A stretch of DNA of 64,000 nt from Actinomycetes bacterium (GTDB lineage Bacteria > Actinomycetota > Acidimicrobiia > Acidimicrobiales > JAMCQF01): NCBI GenBank assembly GCA_021851885.1, contig JAJZBS010000002.1, positions 3,162 through 67,161 on the forward strand. Reading direction: 5' to 3'. Below are positions 43,579 through 51,913 of this stretch, one piece after another (position 1 is the stretch's first letter; the number at the start of each line of letters is the position of its first letter). The translations under genes were made by a program, and so were the position numbers. The notes under the pieces are model-generated. The model was given only the letters and a program-made list of their open reading frames with translations. It had not been told where the DNA came from and searched no databases.

Positions 43579-44591
43579 TGGCTGGCGAGCAGCGTGATCT
43601 CGACGAAGGGCGCATCGCCGGGTACCTGACCGAACGTCTCGGCGCCGACTCGCTCGATGTGACCAGCTTGCGGCGCAACGTGGGCGGCATGTCCCGGGAA
43701 ACGTGGTTCGCTGAGGTGCACTGGGCGCGTTCAGGCCAGCAGCACGACGACTCTCTCACCTTCCGGGTGGACCACCCGGAAGGGTCGGTGGTACCCGTCA
43801 GCCTGGAACGCGAGTACCAGACGTTCCGCGCCATCGGCACCTCTTCGGTGCCGGTCGCCCAGACGCTCTGGTACGAGGACGATCCCGAGTTGGTGGGCCG
43901 AGCGCCGTTCTACGTGCGGCGTACCGTGCCCGGCTCGGCCTCGGCCGGGCAGCTCTTCGCCCCCGGCAACGAGAATCGGCGACAGAAGATCGGTGTCGAC
44001 CTGGCCGAAAAGCTCGCCGCCGTCCACACGATGGATTGGCGGGCGGCAGGTCTGGCCGAATTCATGCGGGTCCCCGAGCGGCCTGAAGATCATGCGCTGT
44101 TCGAGCTCGAGCACTACGAACGGTCGTACCGTGCTGCGCAACCCGAGCCGATGCCCGTCGTCGAGGTGCTCCTGTCGTGGCTGAAGCGCAACGCACCAGG
44201 CGACGTGCAGCGCACGTCACTGGTGTGGGGTGACGTCGGTGTCGGCAACTTCATCTACGCCGGTGACGAGGTGGTCGCCCTCACCGACTGGGAGCAGGCC
44301 CATCTTGGTGATCCGATGAAGGATTGGGCCTCCGCCCTGTGGCGGGGTGTCGACGCACTGGCGCCGAAGGAGATGCTGTTCGAGGCGTACGAGGGAGCCA
44401 GCGGATTGCGGATCGATGAGGACCGCATCAACTACTACTCCGTGTTCATCGACGCGGAGTACGTGTGCACGTCGTTCCCGCTCCTCGGCGAGCTCGGCCT
44501 GGACCACACCCGCGACGCGACCTTCGCACGCCTGGGGATCGGTGTCCCGTACATGTGCATGGACCACGGCCTCGGGATGATCGGCTACTGA
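43575..44591 (+). CDS. Phosphotransferase (APH/choline-kinase-like) family protein
   Basis: ...GGMSRETWF..., FYVRRTVPG, and a Brenner-like motif LVWGDVGVGNFIY followed by LTDWEQAHLGDP. It resembles the kinase domain associated with ACAD10/11 and FadE genes. Confidence 0.75.
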   Translation: MMAGEQRDLDEGRIAGYLTERLGADSLDVTSLRRNVGGMSRETWFAEVHWARSGQQHDDSLTFRVDHPEGSVVPVSLEREYQTFRAIGTSSVPVAQTLWYEDDPELVGRAPFYVRRTVPGSASAGQLFAPGNENRRQKIGVDLAEKLAAVHTMDWRAAGLAEFMRVPERPEDHALFELEHYERSYRAAQPEPMPVVEVLLSWLKRNAPGDVQRTSLVWGDVGVGNFIYAGDEVVALTDWEQAHLGDPMKDWASALWRGVDALAPKEMLFEAYEGASGLRIDEDRINYYSVFIDAEYVCTSFPLLGELGLDHTRDATFARLGIGVPYMCMDHGLGMIGY

Positions 44592-44703
44592 CCACTCCCG
44601 GTTGCACGGGCCACGCCTCGGGCCTGCGCCGGCACGAGATCACCGCTGATCGGACCCGAAGCACGCGCGGTCAGCCCGCGAGCATGCCGTACAGCTCGGG
44701 CCG

Positions 44704-46206
44704 TCAATCGGCGAGCATGACCCGTAGCTCGTGCTTCAGTACCTTGCCGGTGGCGTTGCGGGGCAGCTCGCCGACCCGCACCCAACGGCGTGGGACCTTG
44801 TAGCCGGCGAGGCGATGGCGAACCCACGACTCGAGCTCGGCGTCGGGTGGCGCCGGCTCGACGAGCACGGCCGTGACCACCTGTCCCCAGGTCGGGTCGG
44901 CCGTCCCCAGCACGGCGACGTCCCCGACGGCGGGATGTTCCAGGAGCGCGGCCTCGACTTCGCGCGGGTACACGTTCTCACCGCCGGTGATGACCATGTC
45001 GTTGCGCCGGTCGGTGATGTGCAGACGCCCGCGGCTGTCGCGGAACCCGATGTCGCCGGTGTGCATCCAGCCCCCGCGCAGGGCCTCGGCCGTCGCGTCG
45101 GGGCGGTTCCAGTAGCCGCGCATCAGCGACGGCGCACGGCAGACGACCTCACCCAGCTCCCCGGGGGGAACCGGGATGTCGTCGTCGTCGACCACGGCGA
45201 CCTCGAACGAGACGATCTCGCTGCCGGCGGACGACAGCTTCTCCTCGTCGTTGGGGTCGTGGTCGGCCGGCCGCACGATGGTGGAGGCACCGCTCTCGGT
45301 CATGCCGTACTGCTGCAGCATGTCGCAACCGAATCCGTCCATGGCCCGCGCGAGCAGCCGGGGGGTGATGGACGCCCCGCCGTACACGATCTGGCGCAGG
45401 TCCGGCGGGGGCGAGCTCGCCATCTCGGGGCTGTCGAGCAACATGGCGATCATGGTCGGCACCAGGACGGTGGTGGTCACGTGCTCCTCGGACATCGCCG
45501 CCAGGCACTGCTGCGGCGAGAATTCCGGCAACATCGCGACACTCCCTCCGACGACGATGTGCGCGTAGGCCAGGAACGCTGCGATGTGGAACATCGGCAG
45601 GGCCGCCAGGTGCACGTCCGTCGGCCGGAGCTGCAGCTCCGCACAGTTGACCAGGACCCGGGCGGTGAACGCGACTCGGTCGATCATGGCCCCCTTGGGC
45701 CGACCGGTCGTGCCACTCGTGTACAGGATGAGCGCGGTGAGGTCCGGATCCGTGGGATCTGCCGTCCCGTCCGGGACGGCGGCAGCCAGCAGGTCTTCGT
45801 ACCGCTCCACGCCGTCCGCCTCGCCGAGGCCGAAAACGTGCGTAACGCCACACTCCGTTGCCAGCGCCGCCGACCTGGTGAGCTGCGACCGCCCGCCGAT
45901 CAGCACAGCCGGCGTGCAGTCGGCGAGGATGAACGACACCTCGGGGTCGGCGAGCCGGGTGTTGATCGGCACCAGGGTGAAGCCCGACCGCAGGCAGGCC
46001 GCCTGCGCCTCGATGTACTCCGGTTCGTTGGCGGCCAGCAGCGCGACACGGTCGCCGGGACGCAGACCCAAACGGCGGAGGGCGGCACCGAGCCGGCCCG
46101 TTCGCTCGTGCAGTTCGCCGAACCGGATGCGCCGGCCGCTGCCTACCACGGCGACCCGCTCACCGTGGGCCGCCGCCACACCCGCTACCAAGTCGAGGTA
46201 CCACAT
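44704..46206 (-). CDS. Acyl-CoA synthetase (AMP-forming, FadD-like)
   Basis: YTSGTTGRPKG and GWMHTGDIG motifs. ATG 46206 is preceded by GGGAGAG. Paralogous to 14714-16264. Confidence 0.9.
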   Translation of the reverse strand: MWYLDLVAGVAAAHGERVAVVGSGRRIRFGELHERTGRLGAALRRLGLRPGDRVALLAANEPEYIEAQAACLRSGFTLVPINTRLADPEVSFILADCTPAVLIGGRSQLTRSAALATECGVTHVFGLGEADGVERYEDLLAAAVPDGTADPTDPDLTALILYTSGTTGRPKGAMIDRVAFTARVLVNCAELQLRPTDVHLAALPMFHIAAFLAYAHIVVGGSVAMLPEFSPQQCLAAMSEEHVTTTVLVPTMIAMLLDSPEMASSPPPDLRQIVYGGASITPRLLARAMDGFGCDMLQQYGMTESGASTIVRPADHDPNDEEKLSSAGSEIVSFEVAVVDDDDIPVPPGELGEVVCRAPSLMRGYWNRPDATAEALRGGWMHTGDIGFRDSRGRLHITDRRNDMVITGGENVYPREVEAALLEHPAVGDVAVLGTADPTWGQVVTAVLVEPAPPDAELESWVRHRLAGYKVPRRWVRVGELPRNATGKVLKHELRVMLAD

Positions 46207-46246
46207 GACTCTCCCGATGGGTCGAGGTCCGATGGATATGCGCCCT

Positions 46247-46261
46247 TTACGTTCAGCGTCA
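46247..46261. promoter_or_regulatory. Dyad operator site O13
   Basis: TTACGTTCAGCGTCA with one core mismatch, between divergent FadD genes. GATACTAGTACACT lies downstream. Confidence 0.5.
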
Positions 46262-46337
46262 GATACTAGTACACTCGTGGGTGCGTTCGGGGATCCCCCC
46301 CGCCGCCCACGCCGGAGCGGCAAGGAAGTGATGACCG

Positions 46338-47888
46338 ATGTTGATCAGCGATGTCGTGCGCCGCAACGCCCGGTACTTCGGCGACATGCAGGCCGTCGTC
46401 GTGCCTGACGGACCGACGCGGACCTGGCGCGAGCTCGACCAGCGGACGGACCGGCTGGCCAACGCGCTGCTGTCGCTCGGGCTCGCCGCGGGCGATCGGC
46501 TGGCCATGTACGCCCCCAACTGCGGCGAGTACATCGACTTCTTCTTCGCGTGCGCCAAGTCCGGGGTCATCGGTGCGGCCCTCAACACCCGGCTCGCTCC
46601 CCACGAGACGAGCGCCTACCTGTCGTATGTTGAGCCGACCGCCGCGCTGGTGCACGCCGATCTCCTCCCGGTCGCCCGCACATGGCTTGCCGAGGTGCCC
46701 TCGGTGCGGCACGCCATCGGCTTCGGCGGTGACCACGGACTGGCATTCGACCTCGAGACACTGATCGGCGCAGCGTCCGCCACGGCCCCGGTCGTCCAGA
46801 TCGCCCCCGATGACGTCTACATGCTCGGCGCGACCAGCGGTACCACGGGCATCCCGAAGGCAGCCATCCTGACCCATGGGAACGCCATCGCCGCCATCGT
46901 GAACTGGGCGATGGAGATGGTGATCGCCGAGGGCGGCACCGCACTGCAGAACATCCCCTACTTCTTCAACCCGGGCGGCCCGTCGGGACTCCACCCGGTG
47001 CTCCTGAAGGGTGGGCGCACCGTGATCCCGCCGGCGTTCGACCCGATGGAGTTCCCGAAGCTGGTCGAGGAGTACGGCGTCACCCACACGATCATCGTCC
47101 CGACCATGGTCCAGATGGTGGTGTCTCAGCCGGGTATCGAGTCCTACGACCTGTCGTCCCTGCTCGGGGTCATGTCCGGTGGTTCGCCGTTTCCGGCACC
47201 CGTGCTGAAGCGGGCACGCGAGGTGATGGGCGACGTCTTCAACCCGACCTACGGCATGGCCGAGAGCTACTCGTGCGGTACCGCGCTGCGCCCGCAGAAC
47301 CTCTTCACCGAGGGCACGGAACAGCAGATGCGCCAACTCGGCTCCATCGGCAAGCCGCACACGCTGATGAACGTGCGGGTGGTCGACGGCGAGGGCAACG
47401 ACGTGCCCCACGACGGGGAGACATCCGGAGAGATCCTGGTGTCCGGCCCGTCGGTGTCCCCCGGCTATTACCGGATGCCCGAGGAGACCGAGCGCAGCCG
47501 TGAGGGCGACTGGTTCCACACCGGAGACGTGGCCGTGGTCGATTCGGAGGGTTTCATCACCATCGTGGACCGGTTGAAGGACATGATCATCACCGGGGGC
47601 ATCAACGTCTTCAGCATCGAGGTGGAACGCGCCCTCGAGCAGCACCCTGACGTCGCCATGGTGGCCGTCATCGGACTGCCCCATCCGCAGTGGGGCGAGG
47701 CGATCCACGCCGTCGTCGTCCGGCGTGAGGGTGCCACCGTGACGGAGGAGGAGCTGATGGCGTTCGCCGCCGAGCGGCTGACCTCCTACAAAAAGCCCCG
47801 TTCGGTCGAGCTCGTCGACTCGCTCCCGATGGGGGCGACCGGCAAGGTCTTGAAGAAGGAGCTGCGGGCCGAGCGCGGCATTGCCTGA
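46338..47888 (+). CDS. Acyl-CoA synthetase (AMP-forming, FadD-like)
   Basis: Starts MLISDVVRRNARYFGD and has TSGTTGIPKA. Paralogous to 17395-18951 (both contain APNCGEYIDFFFACAK). Confidence 0.9.
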   Translation: MLISDVVRRNARYFGDMQAVVVPDGPTRTWRELDQRTDRLANALLSLGLAAGDRLAMYAPNCGEYIDFFFACAKSGVIGAALNTRLAPHETSAYLSYVEPTAALVHADLLPVARTWLAEVPSVRHAIGFGGDHGLAFDLETLIGAASATAPVVQIAPDDVYMLGATSGTTGIPKAAILTHGNAIAAIVNWAMEMVIAEGGTALQNIPYFFNPGGPSGLHPVLLKGGRTVIPPAFDPMEFPKLVEEYGVTHTIIVPTMVQMVVSQPGIESYDLSSLLGVMSGGSPFPAPVLKRAREVMGDVFNPTYGMAESYSCGTALRPQNLFTEGTEQQMRQLGSIGKPHTLMNVRVVDGEGNDVPHDGETSGEILVSGPSVSPGYYRMPEETERSREGDWFHTGDVAVVDSEGFITIVDRLKDMIITGGINVFSIEVERALEQHPDVAMVAVIGLPHPQWGEAIHAVVVRREGATVTEEELMAFAAERLTSYKKPRSVELVDSLPMGATGKVLKKELRAERGIA

Positions 47889-47914
47889 GAAGCACGTCCG
47901 AGAGAGAGTGAACC

Positions 47915-49060
47915 ATGGACTTCGAGTTGAGCGACGAGCACGTGGCCCTGCGCCAGAGCCTGCGCACCTTCTTCGAGCGCGAAGCGCCACTCGACGTGGT
48001 GTCCCGCCACGACCGCGACGAGGAATTCGACAACGACCTGTACCGCAAAGCAGCCGAGATCGGCCTGTGCGGGCTCGCCTTCGACGAACGCTACGGCGGG
48101 TCGGACGCCGACCAGATCTCGATCTGCATCGCCGTCGAGGAGGTGGCCCGGGCCAGCGCAGCGCTGGCATACGCCTGGCTGCCGACGGCGACGTTCTGCG
48201 CGAAGGGGCTGGCGCGCTTCGGCACCGATGAGCAGAAGGAGGCGATCCTCCCTAGGGTCGCCACCGGCCAGGTGCGGATGGCGATGGGCCTCACCGAGCC
48301 GAACGCCGGATCGGACCTGACTCACCTGGCCAGCCGGGCCGTGCGCGACGGCGAGGAGTTCATCGTGAACGGCCAGAAGGTCTTCACGACCGGCGCCGAT
48401 ACCGCCGACTACATCTTCGCCTTCGTCCGGACCGATCCGGAGGCGCCGGCGTCGCGCGGGCTGTCCGTGCTCCTGATCCCGCGGGAGACCGAGGGCGTCA
48501 CCGTCCGTCCGTTGCGCAAGCTGGCCGGCCAGGCGACCCATACGTGCGAGGTCTTCCTCGACGACGTCCGCGTCCCCGGGGAGAACCTCGTCGGCGAGCT
48601 CGGGCAGGGCAGCCGGATCATCTTCGACCTCATGAACGGCGAGCGGATCTACGTGGGCGCCGAGGGCACCGGGTTGGGCCAGGGGGCGCTCGACATGGCG
48701 CTCGCTTACGCCCAGCAACGGGAACAGTTCGGCCGGCCGATCATCGAGCACCAGGCTGTCGCCCACATGCTCGCCGACATGGCGATCGACGTGGAGACGT
48801 CGCGGCTGATCACGTACAGCGCGGCCTGGAAGCTCGACCAGGGGATGGAGTGCTCGCTCGAGGCGTCCATGGCCAAGGTCTACGGGTCAGAGGCCGGCAC
48901 CCGCTGCGCCAACCGGGGGATGCAGATCCTCGGCGGGTACTCGTACATGGTCGAGTACGGCATGGAACGCTACTGGCGTGAGACCAAGCTGTACGAGATC
49001 GCCGGTGGAACCAACCAGATCATGCGGAACATCATCGCCCGCGAGCTGGCGAAGCGCTGA
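47915..49060 (+). CDS. Acyl-CoA dehydrogenase
   Basis: 381 aa with GLTEPNAGSDL and a C-terminal ...YEIAGGTNQIMRNIIAREL. Confidence 0.92.
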   Translation: MDFELSDEHVALRQSLRTFFEREAPLDVVSRHDRDEEFDNDLYRKAAEIGLCGLAFDERYGGSDADQISICIAVEEVARASAALAYAWLPTATFCAKGLARFGTDEQKEAILPRVATGQVRMAMGLTEPNAGSDLTHLASRAVRDGEEFIVNGQKVFTTGADTADYIFAFVRTDPEAPASRGLSVLLIPRETEGVTVRPLRKLAGQATHTCEVFLDDVRVPGENLVGELGQGSRIIFDLMNGERIYVGAEGTGLGQGALDMALAYAQQREQFGRPIIEHQAVAHMLADMAIDVETSRLITYSAAWKLDQGMECSLEASMAKVYGSEAGTRCANRGMQILGGYSYMVEYGMERYWRETKLYEIAGGTNQIMRNIIARELAKR

Positions 49061-49096
49061 GCCCGGCCCGGTTGAACCGGACCGGGCGCAGTGCCA

Positions 49097-49873
49097 CTAT
49101 TGCGCGGTCCAGCCGCCGTCGACCACCAGCGCCGACCCGGTGATGTAGCTCCCGGCGTCCGAGGCGAGCAGGAGCAGCGCACCGATGAACTCGTCTGCGT
49201 TGCCCAGGCGGCGCATCGGGATACTGCGCGTGACGTTCTCCATGGCCTCCGGGCTGGCCTCGATCGCCGAGGTCATGGCGGTGTGGACGAGGCCGGGCAC
49301 GAGCGAGTTCACCCGGATCCCGCGCCGGAGAGTCCACTGCAGTGCGAGGTCGCGGGTCATGGCCATGACTCCAGCCTTGGACGCGCCGTACGCCACCTGG
49401 GGCGCGTCGTTGGCCACCATGCCGACCACCGACGAGATGTTGATGATCGACCCGCCGTGTTCACCGGCGATGCACGCCCGGCCGAACGCCTGGGCCATCT
49501 GGTATGCGCCGGTGAGGTTGATCTGCACCACCCGGGCGAAGTCGGCTGGGTCCTCCTTGTGCGACGGTGCCACGTGGCCCACGCCGGCGTTGTTCACCAG
49601 GATGTCGACCGTGCCGAGCTGATCGACGGCGGCAGCCACCAGGGCCTCGCAGTCGGCGACGACGGCCACATCTGTCGGCACCGCGATGCACCGGCGGCCT
49701 AGGGCCTCGATCTTCCCCTTGGTGTCCTCGAGGAGGTCCGTACGCCGGGCGCCCAGCGCCAGATCGGCGCCCGCTTCGGCCAGGGCGAGGGCGAACGTGA
49801 CCCCGAGCCCTGACGAGGCCCCGGTCACGACGGCGACCTTGCCCTCCAGGCTGAACCGGTCGAAGACGCTCAC
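49097..49873 (-). CDS. SDR family oxidoreductase
   Basis: GKVAVVTGASSGLGV, NNAG and YGASKAG motifs. GTGA overlap with the CoA-transferase B stop. Paralogous to 62215-62991. Confidence 0.88.
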   Translation of the reverse strand: MSVFDRFSLEGKVAVVTGASSGLGVTFALALAEAGADLALGARRTDLLEDTKGKIEALGRRCIAVPTDVAVVADCEALVAAAVDQLGTVDILVNNAGVGHVAPSHKEDPADFARVVQINLTGAYQMAQAFGRACIAGEHGGSIINISSVVGMVANDAPQVAYGASKAGVMAMTRDLALQWTLRRGIRVNSLVPGLVHTAMTSAIEASPEAMENVTRSIPMRRLGNADEFIGALLLLASDAGSYITGSALVVDGGWTAQ

Positions 49874-50721
49874 CTGACCCTCGCTTCCGCCCGCTTCCAC
49901 TCGGCGTCGAGGATGCCCTTGAGGTACGGCAGCCGTTCCTTGCCCGAGAGAAAGTCGAACTTCACGGTGCCGAACGGGTCGATCCTGTTGCGCAGCAGCT
50001 CGAGCTGTTGCTCGGTCGGCTCGGCCGTGGTCGGAACCTCGCTGGGGACATCGAGCGCGAAGCCCGTGTTCTCGACGACCATCTGCGGGTCCACGCCTGG
50101 GTGGACGCTCTCGATTCGGAACGGCTCGCCGTCCTCATCCTTGACGAGCACGGCGAGGTTCGTCACGACGATGATCGGCCCGGGCTGCAGTCCGGCCTTC
50201 CGGCGTGCCTCGGCGCCGACCTTCCACCGCGTGCCCGTGACGAACTCGACCTTGTCGACGAGCGTACGCGAGTTGTGGTTGCCGAAGTAGGCGATCATCT
50301 TGCGGTACATCTTGATGACTTCCGCCGCCCCGGCGCCACCGGGAAGCCGTACCTTCGGCTTGTCGAACGGGCCGATCGTCGACAGGTTGATGGCGCCGTC
50401 CCCGTCGAACTGAGCGGACGAGACGGCCTCCACCCCACCGTGGTTGGAGAGGTGGATGGAATTGATCTCGGTGAGCATCCCCCAGCGGCAGACGGCGCCC
50501 TTGTAGGCGGCGGCCTCGGCGCCGGTGAACGACAGCTGGATGGGCGCCATGCCGACCGCGTCGAAGCCGACGAGGTAGGCGTTCGGTGCGTGGGTCAGCT
50601 TCGCCAGCATGTACGAGGCGTAGGCCAGGGGCGTGAACGATCCCATGACCGTCACCCCGTCCTCGTCGACCTCGGCGGCCACCCGGGTGACCATCAGCTC
50701 ATGGACATCGTATGCAGTCAC
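49870..50721 (-). CDS. CoA-transferase subunit B (family I, glutaconate-CoA-transferase/IpdB-like)
   Basis: 283 aa with a GTGA overlap with the subunit A stop. GGAG lies 8 nt upstream. It resembles beta subunits of two-subunit CoA-transferases. Confidence 0.75.
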   Translation of the reverse strand: MTAYDVHELMVTRVAAEVDEDGVTVMGSFTPLAYASYMLAKLTHAPNAYLVGFDAVGMAPIQLSFTGAEAAAYKGAVCRWGMLTEINSIHLSNHGGVEAVSSAQFDGDGAINLSTIGPFDKPKVRLPGGAGAAEVIKMYRKMIAYFGNHNSRTLVDKVEFVTGTRWKVGAEARRKAGLQPGPIIVVTNLAVLVKDEDGEPFRIESVHPGVDPQMVVENTGFALDVPSEVPTTAEPTEQQLELLRNRIDPFGTVKFDFLSGKERLPYLKGILDAEWKRAEARVR

Positions 50722-51629
50722 AGGTTCGCTCCTTCGAGAGTCTCGGCCGCGTCGACCAGGGCGGCGAGCACGACGTCGCGCCCGGTCAGGACGCGGGCCC
50801 GGTAGTCGTCCTCGCTCTCGGACCGGATCCGGTCGACATAGCCACCGAATTCGTCGGTTCCGGCCTGGCCCGCATAGTCCATGAGCTCCCAGGCATCCAT
50901 GGAGTAGCGGGGGATGTGGGACGTCGGGTGGGCCCCGAATGGCGCCTCGACGACGGCGTCGACGTAGTAGCCGGGCAACTTGGTCATGTGCGGGTTCTGC
51001 GCGATGACCGAGCGGTCGACGATCTCCTCGCAGGTGACGATGACCCGCCTTGCCGCCTTTGCCATGTCCACGTCGGGTCCGGAGGTGCCGTCCCACTGCG
51101 CGTTGCCCTCGGCGTCGCACCGCAGCGCGTGGACGATGGCCACGTCCGGCTGCAGTGCCCGGACGGCTGTGAGCTCCTCACCGGTGAAGGGGCAGGTGGT
51201 GGTGGCGTAGATCTCCGGGTAACGGGCCGGCAGGTCGGAGCCGAAGGGGCCCCGGTAGGGGAGGAACGGCATGCCGCGTCCCTGCGCCTCGAGCCCGATG
51301 AGCAGGCCGAGCCCGGTGTACTCGGTGAACGGTACCGATGCCGTCTCGATGGCCTTGCGGACGTTCGGAGCGAGGCCGAACGCTTCGAGCGTCACCATGG
51401 AGAATGACAGGTGGCCGAGGACACCGGCCGCTGCCAGCAGGTCCATGTCCACCGAGCCGACGACGGTGATGGCGTGGATGTCCTTCCGGCCGGCGCGGAT
51501 CAGCTGACGGACCGCCGCCATCGGGTGGTTGGCGAACCAGCCGCCTCCGAAGGCGACCGACTCGCCATCGGCGACGAGATCGCCGAGCTCATCGAGCGGT
51601 ACCACCTTGTCGGTGGGGGGCGGGGTCAC
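50718..51629 (-). CDS. CoA-transferase subunit A (family I, IpdA-like)
   Basis: ...DKVVPLDELGDLVADGESVAFGGGWFANHPMAAVRQLIRAGRKDIHAITVVGSVD... I chose the in-frame GTG 51629 as the start. It forms a GTGA overlap with a 15-codon SD-driven uORF (51673-51626). Confidence 0.75.
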   Translation of the reverse strand: MTPPPTDKVVPLDELGDLVADGESVAFGGGWFANHPMAAVRQLIRAGRKDIHAITVVGSVDMDLLAAAGVLGHLSFSMVTLEAFGLAPNVRKAIETASVPFTEYTGLGLLIGLEAQGRGMPFLPYRGPFGSDLPARYPEIYATTTCPFTGEELTAVRALQPDVAIVHALRCDAEGNAQWDGTSGPDVDMAKAARRVIVTCEEIVDRSVIAQNPHMTKLPGYYVDAVVEAPFGAHPTSHIPRYSMDAWELMDYAGQAGTDEFGGYVDRIRSESEDDYRARVLTGRDVVLAALVDAAETLEGANL

Positions 51630-51712
51630 CGGGTCACCACCGCATCGGATGTGAGCGAGTTGTAAGTGCCCACTGGGCCCTCCTAACAGGTCGGGTTGGG
51701 TTGACTGTAATC

Positions 51713-51727
51713 TATCGTTAAACGTCA
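51713..51727. promoter_or_regulatory. Dyad operator site O14 (faces the minus-strand CoA-transferase operon)
   Basis: TATCGTTAAACGTCA. The minus strand reads TGACGTTTAACGATAGATTACAG, so the arm fuses to TAGATT. Confidence 0.45.
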
Positions 51728-51894
51728 AAGTTTACCAGTGGGAGGACCCGAGGGCCACATGCGGGCCGGGAGTCCGGGCGCGTTGGTGGTGCCTGCCCGC
51801 CGGTCGGGCGCACGCCTGAACCGGGAGGGCGTGCTGTGGGCCCCCGGACGCGTCCCCGGTGGCCCCTGGCGAACTCGCCGGGGGTGTGCAAGAC

Positions 51895-51909
51895 TGACGC
51901 TTGACGTAA
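51895..51909. promoter_or_regulatory. Dyad operator site O15
   Basis: TGACGCTTGACGTAA with one core mismatch, fused to TAAAAT (51907-51912). It lies upstream of the meaB-mutase operon. Confidence 0.5.
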
Positions 51910-51913
51910 AATA

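Noticed and set aside
46266-48170. Very long ORFs in alternate or antisense frames. Examples: 46266-48170 (634 aa), 61114-63105 (663 aa), 27688-29166 (492 aa), 10970-12454 (494 aa), 6965-8248 (427 aa), 18522-19547 (341 aa).
   Set aside because: Their translations are Arg/Pro/Gly/Ala-rich low-complexity strings typical of off-frame reading in high-GC DNA. They overlap genes with clear family motifs on the other frame or strand. They lack SDs and sensible starts.
51626-51728. TTG 51728 as the start of CoA-transferase subunit A (the ORF-track start).
   Set aside because: That codon lies inside dyad O14 and its -10-like element, so it is probably untranscribed or 5' of the TSS. The region between 51728 and 51629 is not family-like. 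The SD-driven uORF plus GTG 51629 is a better fit.
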